This document shows positions 45,226 through 54,871 of a stretch of 64,000 bases of DNA, one piece after another. The DNA lies in assembly GCA_002457555.1 (NCBI GenBank), contig NTJQ01000002.1, positions 64,122 to 128,121 on the forward strand, given 5' to 3'. The notes below the pieces were generated by a model. It was given only the letters and a program-made list of their open reading frames with translations. It made no database searches and was not told where the DNA came from. Positions within the stretch are counted from its first letter, which is position 1; each line of letters opens with the position of its first letter. The translations under genes and the position numbers were made by a program. Origin of the DNA: Marine Group II euryarchaeote MED-G37 (GTDB lineage Archaea; Thermoplasmatota; Poseidoniia; Poseidoniales; Thalassarchaeaceae).

Positions 45226-46815
45226 ATGAATGATAGTTCGGTTCTACCAGACGACGCGTTCTGGTCAGCTTTGTCTACCTCCATCTCCAGAAACCCCCCC
45301 GAATCTACAGGTCGAATCAGTCGCCTAAACAGCCGTGAGATCAACCCACGCGGTGAATTTGTCCTCTACTGGATGACAGCCTCCAGAAGGTATCATCACA
45401 ACTCTGCGCTTGAACATTCGATTTCTCTGGCCACAGAATTAGGAAAGCCACTATTGGTCGTTGAACCAGTTTCCATTCGACACATTTGGTCCAGTGACCG
45501 GATTCTAACCTTTTTTGCTCAGGGAATTATCGATAACAATGCCATCTTTGCATCTAATCGACTAACCTACGTTCCATGGGTAGAAACGCACAAACAAACT
45601 GGAAATAGCCTATTGAAAAATCTGTCCAAGAGGTCCTGCGCGGTCGTAATCGACGATTTTCCAACTTACCTACCAAGAGATGTAATGCGCCGGGCATCCA
45701 AGTTTTGCAGAGTCAGATTGGACGCAGTAGATTCCAACGGAATATTACCTATTGGATGGGCAGATCGTGCCTTCCCCTCTGCATATTCCTTCCGGAAACA
45801 TATGCAACGAAACCTAATGAATGCTCTAGCAACACTTCCGGCATTTGACCCCATGGAAAATGTCCAAACCGATTTACGTCTTTCCAACACATATCTGGAG
45901 AACTTATTTTCCAAAGCGGGTAGTCCAATCACTCCTTACGAATGGTTGTGGAGAGTCGCCCAAGGAGGAGATATTGGCAAGGAAGCTTGCGCTCCGTTAG
46001 ATATCGATCACGATGTTCTTCCCGTTGATTCGAAGAGAGGTGGTCGATTCGAAGCTATCGCAAGACTCGAAAGGTTCCTCAAGAATGGATTAGGCAGATA
46101 CAATTCAGGTAGGAATAATCCTGATGATTCTGCAAGCAGTGGCCTATCTCCTTGGCTCCATTTTGGTCACATTTCTTCCGTCGAGGTAGTCAAGGCAGTT
46201 CTGGACCGCTCCGGTTGGAATCCGAATAAAATCTCAATCGAAGATACTGGAAGAGGTACAAGAAGTGGTTGGTGGGGTGTTCCAGAAGCACACGAGTCAT
46301 TCCTAGACCAAATTATCACCTGGCGTGAACTTGGTTTTAATTTCGCACACATCAGGGAAGATCATGACTCTATCGAATCAATTCCTAATTGGGCTAAAAC
46401 ATCTCTCGATCTACATTCTTCAGATCCACGGGAAGATTATACATTCGAACAAATTGAAAATGCCGAAACTGAAGATGAAATTTGGAACGCTGCCCAGAGG
46501 CAATTGGTCCGCAGCGGACACATCGACAATTATCTCAGAATGCTCTGGGGAAAGAGAATCTTAGAGTGGGCTCCAAATCCTCAAAAGGCAGCAGAGTGGA
46601 TGATTAATATCAACGACAGATGGGCCCTTGACGGTAGAGACCCTAATTCCTACACCGGGATTTTCTGGGTATTGGGTAGGCATGACCGAGCATGGGGTCC
46701 AGAGCGGCCAATATTCGGCAAAGTCCGATATATGTCCTCACAGAATACGAGGAAGAAATTACACCTCGAGAGATACCTTGCTCGTTGGGCAGAAGAAGCC
46801 CCAATTCCAAAGTGA
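45226..46815 (+). CDS. phr: Class II CPD photolyase
   Basis: The blocks SGLSPWLHFGHISS, WRELGFNF and GHIDNYLRMLWGKRILEW, and the Trp-rich C-terminus, match the family. I chose the ATG at 45226, because the track start lies inside the divergent ribA. Confidence 0.8.
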   Translation: MNDSSVLPDDAFWSALSTSISRNPPESTGRISRLNSREINPRGEFVLYWMTASRRYHHNSALEHSISLATELGKPLLVVEPVSIRHIWSSDRILTFFAQGIIDNNAIFASNRLTYVPWVETHKQTGNSLLKNLSKRSCAVVIDDFPTYLPRDVMRRASKFCRVRLDAVDSNGILPIGWADRAFPSAYSFRKHMQRNLMNALATLPAFDPMENVQTDLRLSNTYLENLFSKAGSPITPYEWLWRVAQGGDIGKEACAPLDIDHDVLPVDSKRGGRFEAIARLERFLKNGLGRYNSGRNNPDDSASSGLSPWLHFGHISSVEVVKAVLDRSGWNPNKISIEDTGRGTRSGWWGVPEAHESFLDQIITWRELGFNFAHIREDHDSIESIPNWAKTSLDLHSSDPREDYTFEQIENAETEDEIWNAAQRQLVRSGHIDNYLRMLWGKRILEWAPNPQKAAEWMININDRWALDGRDPNSYTGIFWVLGRHDRAWGPERPIFGKVRYMSSQNTRKKLHLERYLARWAEEAPIPK

Positions 46816-46826
46816 GGATGGATTAG

Positions 46827-48215
46827 ATGTACAGGTACGAGCACAATACAGTTGTCGAATCGAATATTGAAACTACATTCGATTGGTTCGAGCACGAAGG
46901 CTCTTTTCGCAGACTAATGCCTCCATGGGAAGTAGCCGAAGAAGTAAGAGCAGACGAGACTCTAGAAGTAGGCTCTCAGAGGATTTTCCGTTTCCCAATG
47001 GGGCCAATGAAGATGACTTGGGTAGCCGAGCACACCGCATACGACCCGCCACATCATTTCGCAGATAAAATGGTCAAAGGCCCATTCTGGCGCTGGCATC
47101 ATGATCACAATCTTAGCGAGGCTAATGGTGTTACGACAGTAACGGATGAAGTTAGTTACCAAGTTCCATTTGGTCCATTTGGTAATCTGGTTGACAGAAT
47201 ATTAGGAGGTGCATTAGTTCGAAGTCGCATTTCTCGAATGTTCAAAGCTAGAGAAATACGTCTTCAAGGCGATTTACAGCAACATGGTAAATTCGCGAAC
47301 CAATCTAGAAAGAAGGTATTGATTGCTGGCTCATCCGGATGTATAGGCACTCAGTTAGTAGCATTCCTAGACACAGGCGGTCACGAAGTTTGGAGATTGG
47401 TACGCCGACCAGCAAATGCGGGGTCACAGGAATTGGAATGGTACCCTGACAAGCAAGAAATCGATGCAAGTATACTCGAAGGATTTGACGTAATCATCCA
47501 CCTTGGGGGAGTTGGGATAGGCGACAAGCGATGGAACACGCGAAGAAAAAAGATGATTCGGGACAGTCGAGTAAATAGCACAAAATTACTTGCTGATGCG
47601 ATATCTTCCCTGAAAAATAAACCAGAATGTCTGATGCTAGCTAGTGCTGTTGGCTGGTATGGTGACAGAGGGGATGAGCAATTAACAGAAGATAGCACAT
47701 CAGGAGAAGGATTCCTTCCAGACATTTGTAGAGAATGGGAAGATGCCGCCTCAGCCGTAGAAGAATTGGGAGTAAGGACGGTTTTCCTTCGAACCGGAAT
47801 AGTCCTAACCGCAACTGCAGGAGCTCTCGGAAAGATGCTATTCCCTTTCAAGATGGGAGCCGGAGGTCCAATTGGAACGGGTAAACAATGGATGTCTTGG
47901 ATTTCTCTTGACGACGAGATATATGCAATAAATCATCTAATGATGAATGACGATTCCAAAGGAGTTTACAACTTGTCCTCTCCCAACCCAGTCGAGCAGA
48001 AAAAATTTGCAAAGACTCTAGGAAGAGTATTGAGAAGGCCCGCCTTTGCTCCTTTACCGAAATTTGTAGTCAAGATTCTATTTGGCGAGATGGGTGAGAA
48101 GCTAACTCTCGAGAGTCAAAGGGTGTTCCCAACTAGACTCACCGCAGAGGGATATCAATTCGTTCACGAAGACCTTGAGTCTGGCCTGAGAGATACCCTT
48201 GGTCTATGGAAATAA
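46827..48215 (+). CDS. SRPBCC domain fused to an atypical SDR / epimerase-like protein (YfcH/TIGR01777-like)
   Basis: The N-terminal ~150 aa have an SRPBCC pattern (FRFPMGPMKMTWVAEH...WHHDH). These are followed by the Rossmann motif VLIAGSSGCIGTQL and a C-terminal DUF1731-like tail. Confidence 0.7.
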   Translation: MYRYEHNTVVESNIETTFDWFEHEGSFRRLMPPWEVAEEVRADETLEVGSQRIFRFPMGPMKMTWVAEHTAYDPPHHFADKMVKGPFWRWHHDHNLSEANGVTTVTDEVSYQVPFGPFGNLVDRILGGALVRSRISRMFKAREIRLQGDLQQHGKFANQSRKKVLIAGSSGCIGTQLVAFLDTGGHEVWRLVRRPANAGSQELEWYPDKQEIDASILEGFDVIIHLGGVGIGDKRWNTRRKKMIRDSRVNSTKLLADAISSLKNKPECLMLASAVGWYGDRGDEQLTEDSTSGEGFLPDICREWEDAASAVEELGVRTVFLRTGIVLTATAGALGKMLFPFKMGAGGPIGTGKQWMSWISLDDEIYAINHLMMNDDSKGVYNLSSPNPVEQKKFAKTLGRVLRRPAFAPLPKFVVKILFGEMGEKLTLESQRVFPTRLTAEGYQFVHEDLESGLRDTLGLWK

Positions 48216-48217
48216 TT

Positions 48218-48448
48218 TCAGATCGGAGTTCTAAACCCAAGTGCTCTTACAACACACCAACCAGTGCGTCCTTCGAAAATAGCAAATGCCCCTCCTACGA
48301 ATGCTCCGGCCGGCACAATCCAAGCCAAATCAGGGGCGCTAATTAGCAAACATCCTACTGCTAAACCGAGTGAGGAAGCAACTCCCATTAGGCCCAATCG
48401 AAGCCTAACCGCTTTCCCTCTGGAATCGATATTACACTCCAGTGCCAT
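48218..48448 (-). CDS. DUF2892 (YgaP-like) small membrane protein
   Basis: The 76-aa protein has R..R...G at the N-terminus, two TM helices and a C-terminal TGWCVVRALGF. Confidence 0.55.
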   Translation of the reverse strand: MALECNIDSRGKAVRLRLGLMGVASSLGLAVGCLLISAPDLAWIVPAGAFVGGAFAIFEGRTGWCVVRALGFRTPI

Positions 48449-48502
48449 AATAACCCGGCAGTAATGCAGGATATTAAGGCCTGTTTTACAAACTAATAGT
48501 CC

Positions 48503-49594
48503 TTAATTGCGAGAACGATCATCGATTTGTAGACCAGGCCGGCCACTGAATATTCTCCATTTGCCGCGCAGTACTCCAATTCCATAATTCCAATGAAGGG
48601 AATAAGTGACAATTGAGGAGAGAAAAATTGTCCAAGCGGATTTACTTGGTGAATTTCCCTTAGCAGAACCATACCAAGCGAGGAGATTGTACAAAATCAT
48701 CAGAGTTGGAAGAGTGTGAACTGCGATTCTCTCTGGCCCCATAGGGACTCTATCTAGACTGATGTCCCAGAAATCGGGCCACGCCAATCCTCCATTCATA
48801 GCACCCCAAAAAAATAATCCAAATGCCGCAATAACTATTGGAGGAAATGCTGCTACCATTGAATGGGTAAATGCATGAAGTTCGCGATATTGGTTACTTG
48901 CTAAGGTTCTGACAAGTCCGTAATTGCCGATTTGTTTTTTTACGCGCGCGAGGTTTCTACGTCGGTGCCACATAATCGCAGTTCTATCAGTCCACAATTT
49001 ATGACCGGCTTTTCGAATTCGATGATCGAGCATAACATCTTCTGCTCCGATTGCGCCCTCATCAAAACTTCCTACTTCTTGCAAAACCGAGCGCCTATAA
49101 GCGGAATTAACTCCGGGTAGTTGAGTTACTTCTGATAATTCTGAATCCCCTATCTTTCCATAATTCGTACCTGCGGTATAGATTGTAGAACAGAACGCGA
49201 CATCGATTACACGTTGCCAAAGAGTGGATTCTTCAACAGGAGCGAAATTAGGTCCACCAACTCCCGCAACATCATCTCGCTCAAACCATCGAACTAATTT
49301 CGCTACCCAATCCTCAGGTACGATTACATCATCATCTGTGAAGAAAACCAAATCCGAGGATGAGGCTTCTATTGCAACATTACAAGCATCAGCCCTAGTC
49401 CTAGAACCAGAGTCATCTACAAATCTTATTCCCTTACTTTCTGTAACTGACTTTGCAGGGTCGTTATTTGGTCCAACTACAATTATTTCTAGTGGCCCAG
49501 TATAGATTTGAGTGGCCAATCCATCTAATGTTATTGCCAGCTCTTCGGAATTACGAACACTCGGGATGATTACACATACCGATGGCTGACTCAT
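48503..49594 (-). CDS. Family 2 glycosyltransferase with C-terminal TM helices
   Basis: VCVIIPSVRNS is present, with the DxD region FFTDDDV and a GAEDVML block. I chose the start at ATG 49594, because the longer track ORF overlaps the PCNA 3' end. Confidence 0.75.
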   Translation of the reverse strand: MSQPSVCVIIPSVRNSEELAITLDGLATQIYTGPLEIIVVGPNNDPAKSVTESKGIRFVDDSGSRTRADACNVAIEASSSDLVFFTDDDVIVPEDWVAKLVRWFERDDVAGVGGPNFAPVEESTLWQRVIDVAFCSTIYTAGTNYGKIGDSELSEVTQLPGVNSAYRRSVLQEVGSFDEGAIGAEDVMLDHRIRKAGHKLWTDRTAIMWHRRRNLARVKKQIGNYGLVRTLASNQYRELHAFTHSMVAAFPPIVIAAFGLFFWGAMNGGLAWPDFWDISLDRVPMGPERIAVHTLPTLMILYNLLAWYGSAKGNSPSKSAWTIFLSSIVTYSLHWNYGIGVLRGKWRIFSGRPGLQIDDRSRN

Positions 49595-49655
49595 GATTTG
49601 GCCGAAACCGCTCTCGCTTTCAACCACACTCACAATATGTCTGCGTCGAATGTAA

Positions 49656-50405
49656 TCATGGATCATTACTGACACGTGGCGCTAGGAAGTATGTCCATGA
49701 CGCGCCGCCTTCATTAGAATTCCAAGAAAGGCGCAAAGGATAGCGGTCTTGGAACTCGACGGTAACTTCCTCGGTTAGACCGCTAGCCAACTTACGGCTA
49801 AGGGGGTCAAGGAATTGTAAAGAATAGGTGGAGGCAGTTGGCTTCGGAGCGACCAACTCGGACATTTCCCCTGCATCGAAGCGGACATTTACTCCCTCGC
49901 CAGCCTCTACGGTAACGGATACAGTCATCTGATTCTTATCGAGACTCAAATCGACTAACTCTCCAACAAATTTCGCAGCGCGGAGAGCTCTAGAGAGTCT
50001 GTCCGCGCTTAGGGTTGCTTTGCATTCAAAGTCCAAGTCGGGTTGCCGGGGCTCGTTGATTGAACCCGTGTCAAGTCCACGGAGAATCCGATGAACTTCG
50101 CCGACACGGACATTGATTGCACCGGTCGCACCATCGTAATCCAATTCAACCAAGTCGTTTGGACCAGCCAGTGTAAGAAGGTCTCGAAGCTTACCAAGTT
50201 CTAGGCCAATCTCAACAGGCTCTACTTCGTATGTCTCGAAACAAGCATCTGCTACGGTAACCGATAGCAATGCCACATGGGAGCCGTCAACGACGGTCGT
50301 ACTCAAGCCATTTTCACCCCAACTTAGTTTGGCTTCTTCGGTAAGAACCGATAGCAGATCGACGATTTCTCGCATCAGTTGCTGTTTGGCAGTGACTCTA
50401 AGCAT
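49656..50405 (-). CDS. pcn: DNA polymerase sliding clamp PCNA
   Basis: The protein is 249 aa. Its N-terminus L..I.DLLSVLTEEAKLSW.ENGLSTTVVDGSHVALLSV and its two-domain periodicity are typical of archaeal PCNA. Confidence 0.85.
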   Translation of the reverse strand: MLRVTAKQQLMREIVDLLSVLTEEAKLSWGENGLSTTVVDGSHVALLSVTVADACFETYEVEPVEIGLELGKLRDLLTLAGPNDLVELDYDGATGAINVRVGEVHRILRGLDTGSINEPRQPDLDFECKATLSADRLSRALRAAKFVGELVDLSLDKNQMTVSVTVEAGEGVNVRFDAGEMSELVAPKPTASTYSLQFLDPLSRKLASGLTEEVTVEFQDRYPLRLSWNSNEGGASWTYFLAPRVSNDP

Positions 50406-50485
50406 CCCAACACCTACCTAATACTCCCCCAACGGGGGGTTCTTCATGGTTCGCTAATGTAAATCCTGACTATATTAACTGATTA

Positions 50486-50504
50486 CGACCCACGTAGTGG
50501 GTCG
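50486..50504 (-). terminator. Perfect 8-bp hairpin CGACCCAC-GTA-GTGGGTCG just downstream of tfs
   Basis: It lies 10 nt after the tfs stop. On the transcribed (minus) strand it is followed by TTAATATAG, a TATA-like box about 60 nt upstream of the pcn ATG. Confidence 0.45.
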
Positions 50505-50513
50505 CTAGAGCAA

Positions 50514-50894
50514 TCATTGATACTCGCGGAATCTATGACCACAAGCCTCGCAGGTGCAAATTTTTGTCTCTGGTTCATCGCTTGAACGAGTTTGCATGAG
50601 TACCACGAAAATTCGGTCCCCGTCACATTCAGGACAACGATAATCACCGACCCAAAGAGTTCCTCTGGCGACTTCTTCCTCGACGACTTCGGTGAGATGC
50701 TTGAGGTCCTTTACAGATGAAGATGCGGTTGTTTTCGACAAATCAATGATTTCTCCGGTCATTGGATCTGTAAATTCCGCACCCTTTCCATCATCCCCAC
50801 TAAGTGGTCCCTCGTAGCCGCATTTGTAATCTGTACATCGTATATTCCCATTAGGTGACATGAATCCTAGAGTACCACAATCTGGACAGAACAT
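50514..50894 (-). CDS. tfs: Transcription factor S (TFS; TFIIS/RpoM-type)
   Basis: An N-terminal zinc ribbon MFCPDCG...C..YKC and a C-terminal ribbon CPECDG...QTRSSDEPETKICTCEACGH with the acidic DE hairpin are present. The start is set at MFCPDCG. Confidence 0.85.
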   Translation of the reverse strand: MFCPDCGTLGFMSPNGNIRCTDYKCGYEGPLSGDDGKGAEFTDPMTGEIIDLSKTTASSSVKDLKHLTEVVEEEVARGTLWVGDYRCPECDGDRIFVVLMQTRSSDEPETKICTCEACGHRFREYQ

Positions 50895-50983
50895 TCGTAA
50901 TCCTCCCTTTGCTGCGTCTGAGTGACCTACCAGCGCTAGTCGGATACGTACTTCAACATTCGTAATCAATTATTCCTGTTTAA

Positions 50984-51376
50984 TCATGCAATTATCGATA
51001 TGGAAAAACGCCAACCAAGCCAAGCCAAAGTAATACTGCCGAGGATAGTTGTAGTAATCATTATGAAAGTAGATGATGCATCAGTTTCTGCTAATCGAAT
51101 GGAATCAACAGCGAATGCCGACATGGTCGTAAAGGCTCCCAATACACCGGTTCCAAACAGTAAAACGGCCTCGTCACCAATTGTTGCTCCAGCAGCCACC
51201 GCACCTAGTAATATGCCAAGGAAAAGTGATCCAACGAGGTTCGCAGTCATAGTCCCCCAAGGTAAGGAATCCGATGGTAGCCACTGTTGCAAAATATAGC
51301 GAGCCACCGCCCCTATCGCACCGCCGGCCGCTACTAATGCAACAAGTCGCAAGTCCATGCCTTTGTTACGTAGCAA
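50984..51376 (-). CDS. crcB: Fluoride ion channel CrcB/Fluc
   Basis: GGAIGAVARY is present, with four TM helices and the block GAFTTMSAF. An alternative start lies at 51358. Confidence 0.85.
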   Translation of the reverse strand: MLRNKGMDLRLVALVAAGGAIGAVARYILQQWLPSDSLPWGTMTANLVGSLFLGILLGAVAAGATIGDEAVLLFGTGVLGAFTTMSAFAVDSIRLAETDASSTFIMITTTILGSITLAWLGWRFSISIIA

Positions 51377-51451
51377 TTCGGTTATTGACCGCTTCCCGTG
51401 AATTTTCTGAATAGCGCGGGATTCAAGCGGAATGGACTTCTCGCGGTAGTC

Positions 51452-52456
51452 ATGAAACTACATTACGACTGGCGGCTGGCCCGCGTTGTCGATGACCAGG
51501 GGGTCATCCATGACGAGTTGGCTTGGTCTAGTAAGCGCTCGTCTGGGGCCGTTGCTGACCGCCTCTGGGACTTGCAACGTGGGCGTTTGAGCCCAGAAGC
51601 TCGCACCCTATACGATCGATTTCCAGAAGCAGTAATCGATGCACTTGGTGCAATGTCGGACGACGATTGGCCCGAACTAGATGATGAGGAATCAAAATTG
51701 TTTGAGACGGCGACCCCAATTCTAGCAAAGAGAGGGGTTGCAAATGCTGCTGGTGATACAGATCGCCGATTGGATATGCTTGTGTCCTCAGCGGCTGAAC
51801 TTCGCGCATCTTGGACTACAAGCGAGGCACGTTGTGTTGAATGGACAGGTCTTTTCCTCTCGGAAGTAGACTTAGATGCTCAACGAAATGATATCCCTCC
51901 TACTATAGCAGAATCAAATTCAATCGAAGAGGCTGCAAACACACTGGGAGTGGAGTCCCCGGCCCATTCACCCTCTGATGTCGAATGGCAAGCATTGCGA
52001 AGTCATGCTATCGGTGTGGTGGAGATGACTGCTCGTCTCGCTTCACATGAGGGGGCTATCCGCGATTTAGCCGAGCAACATGTACCAAGTCTTGCAGCCT
52101 TAATCGGGCCACTAGGGGCTGCCCGAATGGTAATTTTAGCAGGAGGTAGAGAGAGGTTGGCTAGAATGCCATCTGGCTCTCTACAGGTATTAGGTGCACA
52201 CGCGGCTATGGCTGCACATCGGCGTGGAGCCGCGCCACCAAAGCATGGAGCAATACTCTTCAGTATGCCTCAGATTTCGCGTTCACCTAGATGGGTACGT
52301 GGAAAGATTGCGAGATTTCTCGCTGGAAAGGCCTCAATCGCGGTCAGGTGTGATCACTTTGGTGGAGAACCTTGGGACGAGGATACTGTTGCTGAGATTC
52401 ACAAAGAGACCGAGGCGATCAAGGCCAAGTTCCCTAAGCCACCCAAGCGGAAGTGA
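51452..52456 (+). CDS. nop5: Nop56/58 (Nop5) C/D box sRNP core protein
   Basis: The Nop domain reads LGAHAAMAAHRRGAAPPKHGAILFSMPQISRSPRWVRGKIARFLAGKASIAVRCD. I prefer the ATG at 51452 over the track's GTG at 51398. Confidence 0.8.
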   Translation: MKLHYDWRLARVVDDQGVIHDELAWSSKRSSGAVADRLWDLQRGRLSPEARTLYDRFPEAVIDALGAMSDDDWPELDDEESKLFETATPILAKRGVANAAGDTDRRLDMLVSSAAELRASWTTSEARCVEWTGLFLSEVDLDAQRNDIPPTIAESNSIEEAANTLGVESPAHSPSDVEWQALRSHAIGVVEMTARLASHEGAIRDLAEQHVPSLAALIGPLGAARMVILAGGRERLARMPSGSLQVLGAHAAMAAHRRGAAPPKHGAILFSMPQISRSPRWVRGKIARFLAGKASIAVRCDHFGGEPWDEDTVAEIHKETEAIKAKFPKPPKRK

Positions 52457-53163
52457 TAGATTTGCCAAAACCCGTCAAGCTCGCTTGGGGTATTCGTCGC
52501 GAACGTAGAAGCCTTTGGTCTCGTAACGCAGTCAAAGGGGTATCAGTTAGAGGAGAGAGACGGAAAAGAGACGGCAGAAATGAATGGCGTCTTTGGGACC
52601 CCAATCGCTCAAAGGTAGCCGCCAGCGTTCTCAAGACTAAGCGGGATGCATCCGCACTATTACCCGAAGCCGCCTCTACTTGCCTCTACCTCGGTGCTTC
52701 TTCTGGTGGTACCGTAAGTCATATCCATGACAATGTCTGTGGTGCTGGAAATCATCACGGTGGACAGGTGGTCGCTGTGGATATTTCTCCTAGGATGATG
52801 CGTGATTTGGTCAAGTTGGCCGAACTCCGCCAAGGACTAGTTCCGGTCTTAGCCGATGCACGCAATCCACTTGCTGTCGCACCATACATTAGAGGTAAGG
52901 CGGATTGGTTGCATCAAGACCTCAGCATAGGTCATCAAGCGGAGATATTCGTCAGGATGACTTCGGCATTTCTCAAAGAAAGTGGAACCGCTCTCCTATC
53001 TCTGAAAGCAGCTAGCGAGCGGTGGATGGAAGGTGGAGATGATGCTAGATTTGAGCACACAAAGAGCATCATAGAAGATTGTCAGCATCTAGAATTGCTA
53101 GAGGTAATCGATATCTCGGTATTTGAGGAACAGCACACTGTGTTTCATTGTGTTAGGATATAA
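52453..53163 (+). CDS. flpA: Fibrillarin (rRNA/tRNA 2'-O-methyltransferase)
   Basis: The blocks WDPNRSKVAASVL, LYLGASSGGTVSHIHD and VAVDISPR are present. The GTG start overlaps the nop5 stop (GTGA). Confidence 0.85.
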   Translation: MIDLPKPVKLAWGIRRERRSLWSRNAVKGVSVRGERRKRDGRNEWRLWDPNRSKVAASVLKTKRDASALLPEAASTCLYLGASSGGTVSHIHDNVCGAGNHHGGQVVAVDISPRMMRDLVKLAELRQGLVPVLADARNPLAVAPYIRGKADWLHQDLSIGHQAEIFVRMTSAFLKESGTALLSLKAASERWMEGGDDARFEHTKSIIEDCQHLELLEVIDISVFEEQHTVFHCVRI

Positions 53164-53535
53164 TCAGGCGTTTTCTGCGCCTGCTGAAAGAGCGATGGCG
53201 AACACAATAATTACGGCATAAAGCAACATAAATACAATAGTGAGTATAATTGAAACCCAAGAAATAACATTCGCCGCCTTTGCCATTCCTGCGTCTGGAT
53301 GCCCTGGATGTTGTCCGGCTACTTCCAAAGCAGATTTTGCAAGTATCAAACCAGGTATTGCAGTACAGCAACTAAATCCCATTAATCCTAAAATTCCTAG
53401 AACTAGTGCAGCAATGGCTTGTGTAGGGGGATATTGCCCTACCGTGGCTGGATTACTTACTCCTTGGACATACAATACTTCAGGCCCCTCGAGGTTAGGA
53501 GTTGCTTCTGATTGAGAATTATCATCCATCATCAT
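53164..53535 (-). CDS. DUF4190-like small membrane protein
   Basis: An acidic N-terminus is followed by AIAALVLGILGLMGFSCCTAIPGLILAKSALE and a second TM. It is a paralog of the next gene. Confidence 0.55.
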   Translation of the reverse strand: MMMDDNSQSEATPNLEGPEVLYVQGVSNPATVGQYPPTQAIAALVLGILGLMGFSCCTAIPGLILAKSALEVAGQHPGHPDAGMAKAANVISWVSIILTIVFMLLYAVIIVFAIALSAGAENA

Positions 53536-53554
53536 TCACCTCGGTTTTAGAATT

Positions 53555-53932
53555 TCAAGCAAATGCGCCTGCGCTGCCCATCAATATGAAGAAAACCAAA
53601 TACAAACCAAGTCCGAGTAATGCTCCTATTAGGCTAATGATATTAATTACATTTGAAGCATTAATCATACCACTATCCGGATGGTGTGCACCGTCAATAT
53701 TTTTCTTATCAGTACTTACTAGAAACATAGCTGGGATCGTAAAGCAAAGGCTAGGTCCACAGCATAAAGCGGCCGCTCCTCCTAATAGAGTTGTAAGTCC
53801 TAGTATGGCAAGAACTAGTCCAGCAACCGCATTTGTTGATTGCATTTGACCACCCATTACCTGAGGTCCTGCATTGATGTTAATTGTTGTAGGTTCTCCG
53901 GAAATTTGTGTCTCACTGGAGTCCTCAATCAT
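53555..53932 (-). CDS. DUF4190-like small membrane protein (tandem paralog)
   Basis: It has the same architecture: AVAGLVLAILGLTTLLGGAAALCCGPSLCFTIPAMFL plus a second TM. Confidence 0.55.
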   Translation of the reverse strand: MIEDSSETQISGEPTTININAGPQVMGGQMQSTNAVAGLVLAILGLTTLLGGAAALCCGPSLCFTIPAMFLVSTDKKNIDGAHHPDSGMINASNVINIISLIGALLGLGLYLVFFILMGSAGAFA

Positions 53933-54031
53933 ACCAATTGGTATGTGAATCTACCCTTCAATGCTTTGGACGTATAGTCTAACAATGGATAACATCATTT
54001 TCTCAGACACACTGCCGCGTATATGCCGGAG

Positions 54032-54871
54032 ATGCCTGAGGTAGAAACGGTCCGTCGTGGTCTCATTCCTCATTGGGTAGGACGACGAATTAGCTTTGTC
54101 GATTTACGCCGTCCTGATCTACGATTTCCATTCCCATCAAATCTTGAAGAAGCGCTGACAGGTGCGAAGGTAGTAGAGATTGGACGCGCCTCAAAATACC
54201 TCTTGATTCGCCTAGACAATGGAAATACTTGGCTAAGTCATCTGGGGATGACTGGAGTCTGGACAATTGATTCACCAGGCGATGGGAAACACGATCACGT
54301 CTACGTCGAGTTTGATGACGGCGCTTTAACCTCTACTTATTCCGACCATCGTAGATTTGGCATCATGGATTTGATGCCGACATCCTCTGAAAGTGAACAT
54401 AAACTACTTTCAGGGTTAGGCCCGGAACCGCTTACCAATGATTTCACTCTACAATCGCTTAAGGAGGGTTTACACAGTCGTCGTAGTCCAATCAAAACAG
54501 TTCTACTCGACCAGCGAGTTGTTGCAGGATTAGGTAATATCTACGTTAGTGAGATTCTCCACCGTTCAGGCATTTCTCCTATGAAAACAGCGGCTGAAGT
54601 GGCGGGTAAAAGTCAACGTATTGTAGTCGCAGTTGAGAGAATTCACAAATTTACCAATGAGGTAATTTTCGATGCCATCGAAGCCGGTGGCTCGACGATT
54701 TCAGATTTTCGAGGTGTTGATGGATCGGGTGATTTAGGCTACTTCCCTCAACAATTCATGGTATTCAACAGAGAGGGAGAAACCTGCAAGCAGGAAAGCT
54801 GTGAAGGTATAATTAGACGTATCGTTCAATCCGGTCGATCGACATTTTACTGTCCGAGATGTCAGAGATAA
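54032..54871 (+). CDS. Formamidopyrimidine-DNA glycosylase (Fpg/Nei family)
   Basis: The N-terminus is MPEVETVRRGL, with catalytic Pro2 and Glu3. An H2TH block LLDQRVVAGLGNIYVSEILH and a C-terminal zinc finger C..C....CPRCQ follow. The start is set at the second ATG so that Pro is residue 2. Confidence 0.85.
   Translation: MPEVETVRRGLIPHWVGRRISFVDLRRPDLRFPFPSNLEEALTGAKVVEIGRASKYLLIRLDNGNTWLSHLGMTGVWTIDSPGDGKHDHVYVEFDDGALTSTYSDHRRFGIMDLMPTSSESEHKLLSGLGPEPLTNDFTLQSLKEGLHSRRSPIKTVLLDQRVVAGLGNIYVSEILHRSGISPMKTAAEVAGKSQRIVVAVERIHKFTNEVIFDAIEAGGSTISDFRGVDGSGDLGYFPQQFMVFNREGETCKQESCEGIIRRIVQSGRSTFYCPRCQR

Noticed and set aside
51377-51451. Fluoride riboswitch upstream of crcB
   Set aside because: Only about 20-75 nt are available before the divergent nop5 start, and I found no crcB-motif-like conserved stems or pseudoknot.
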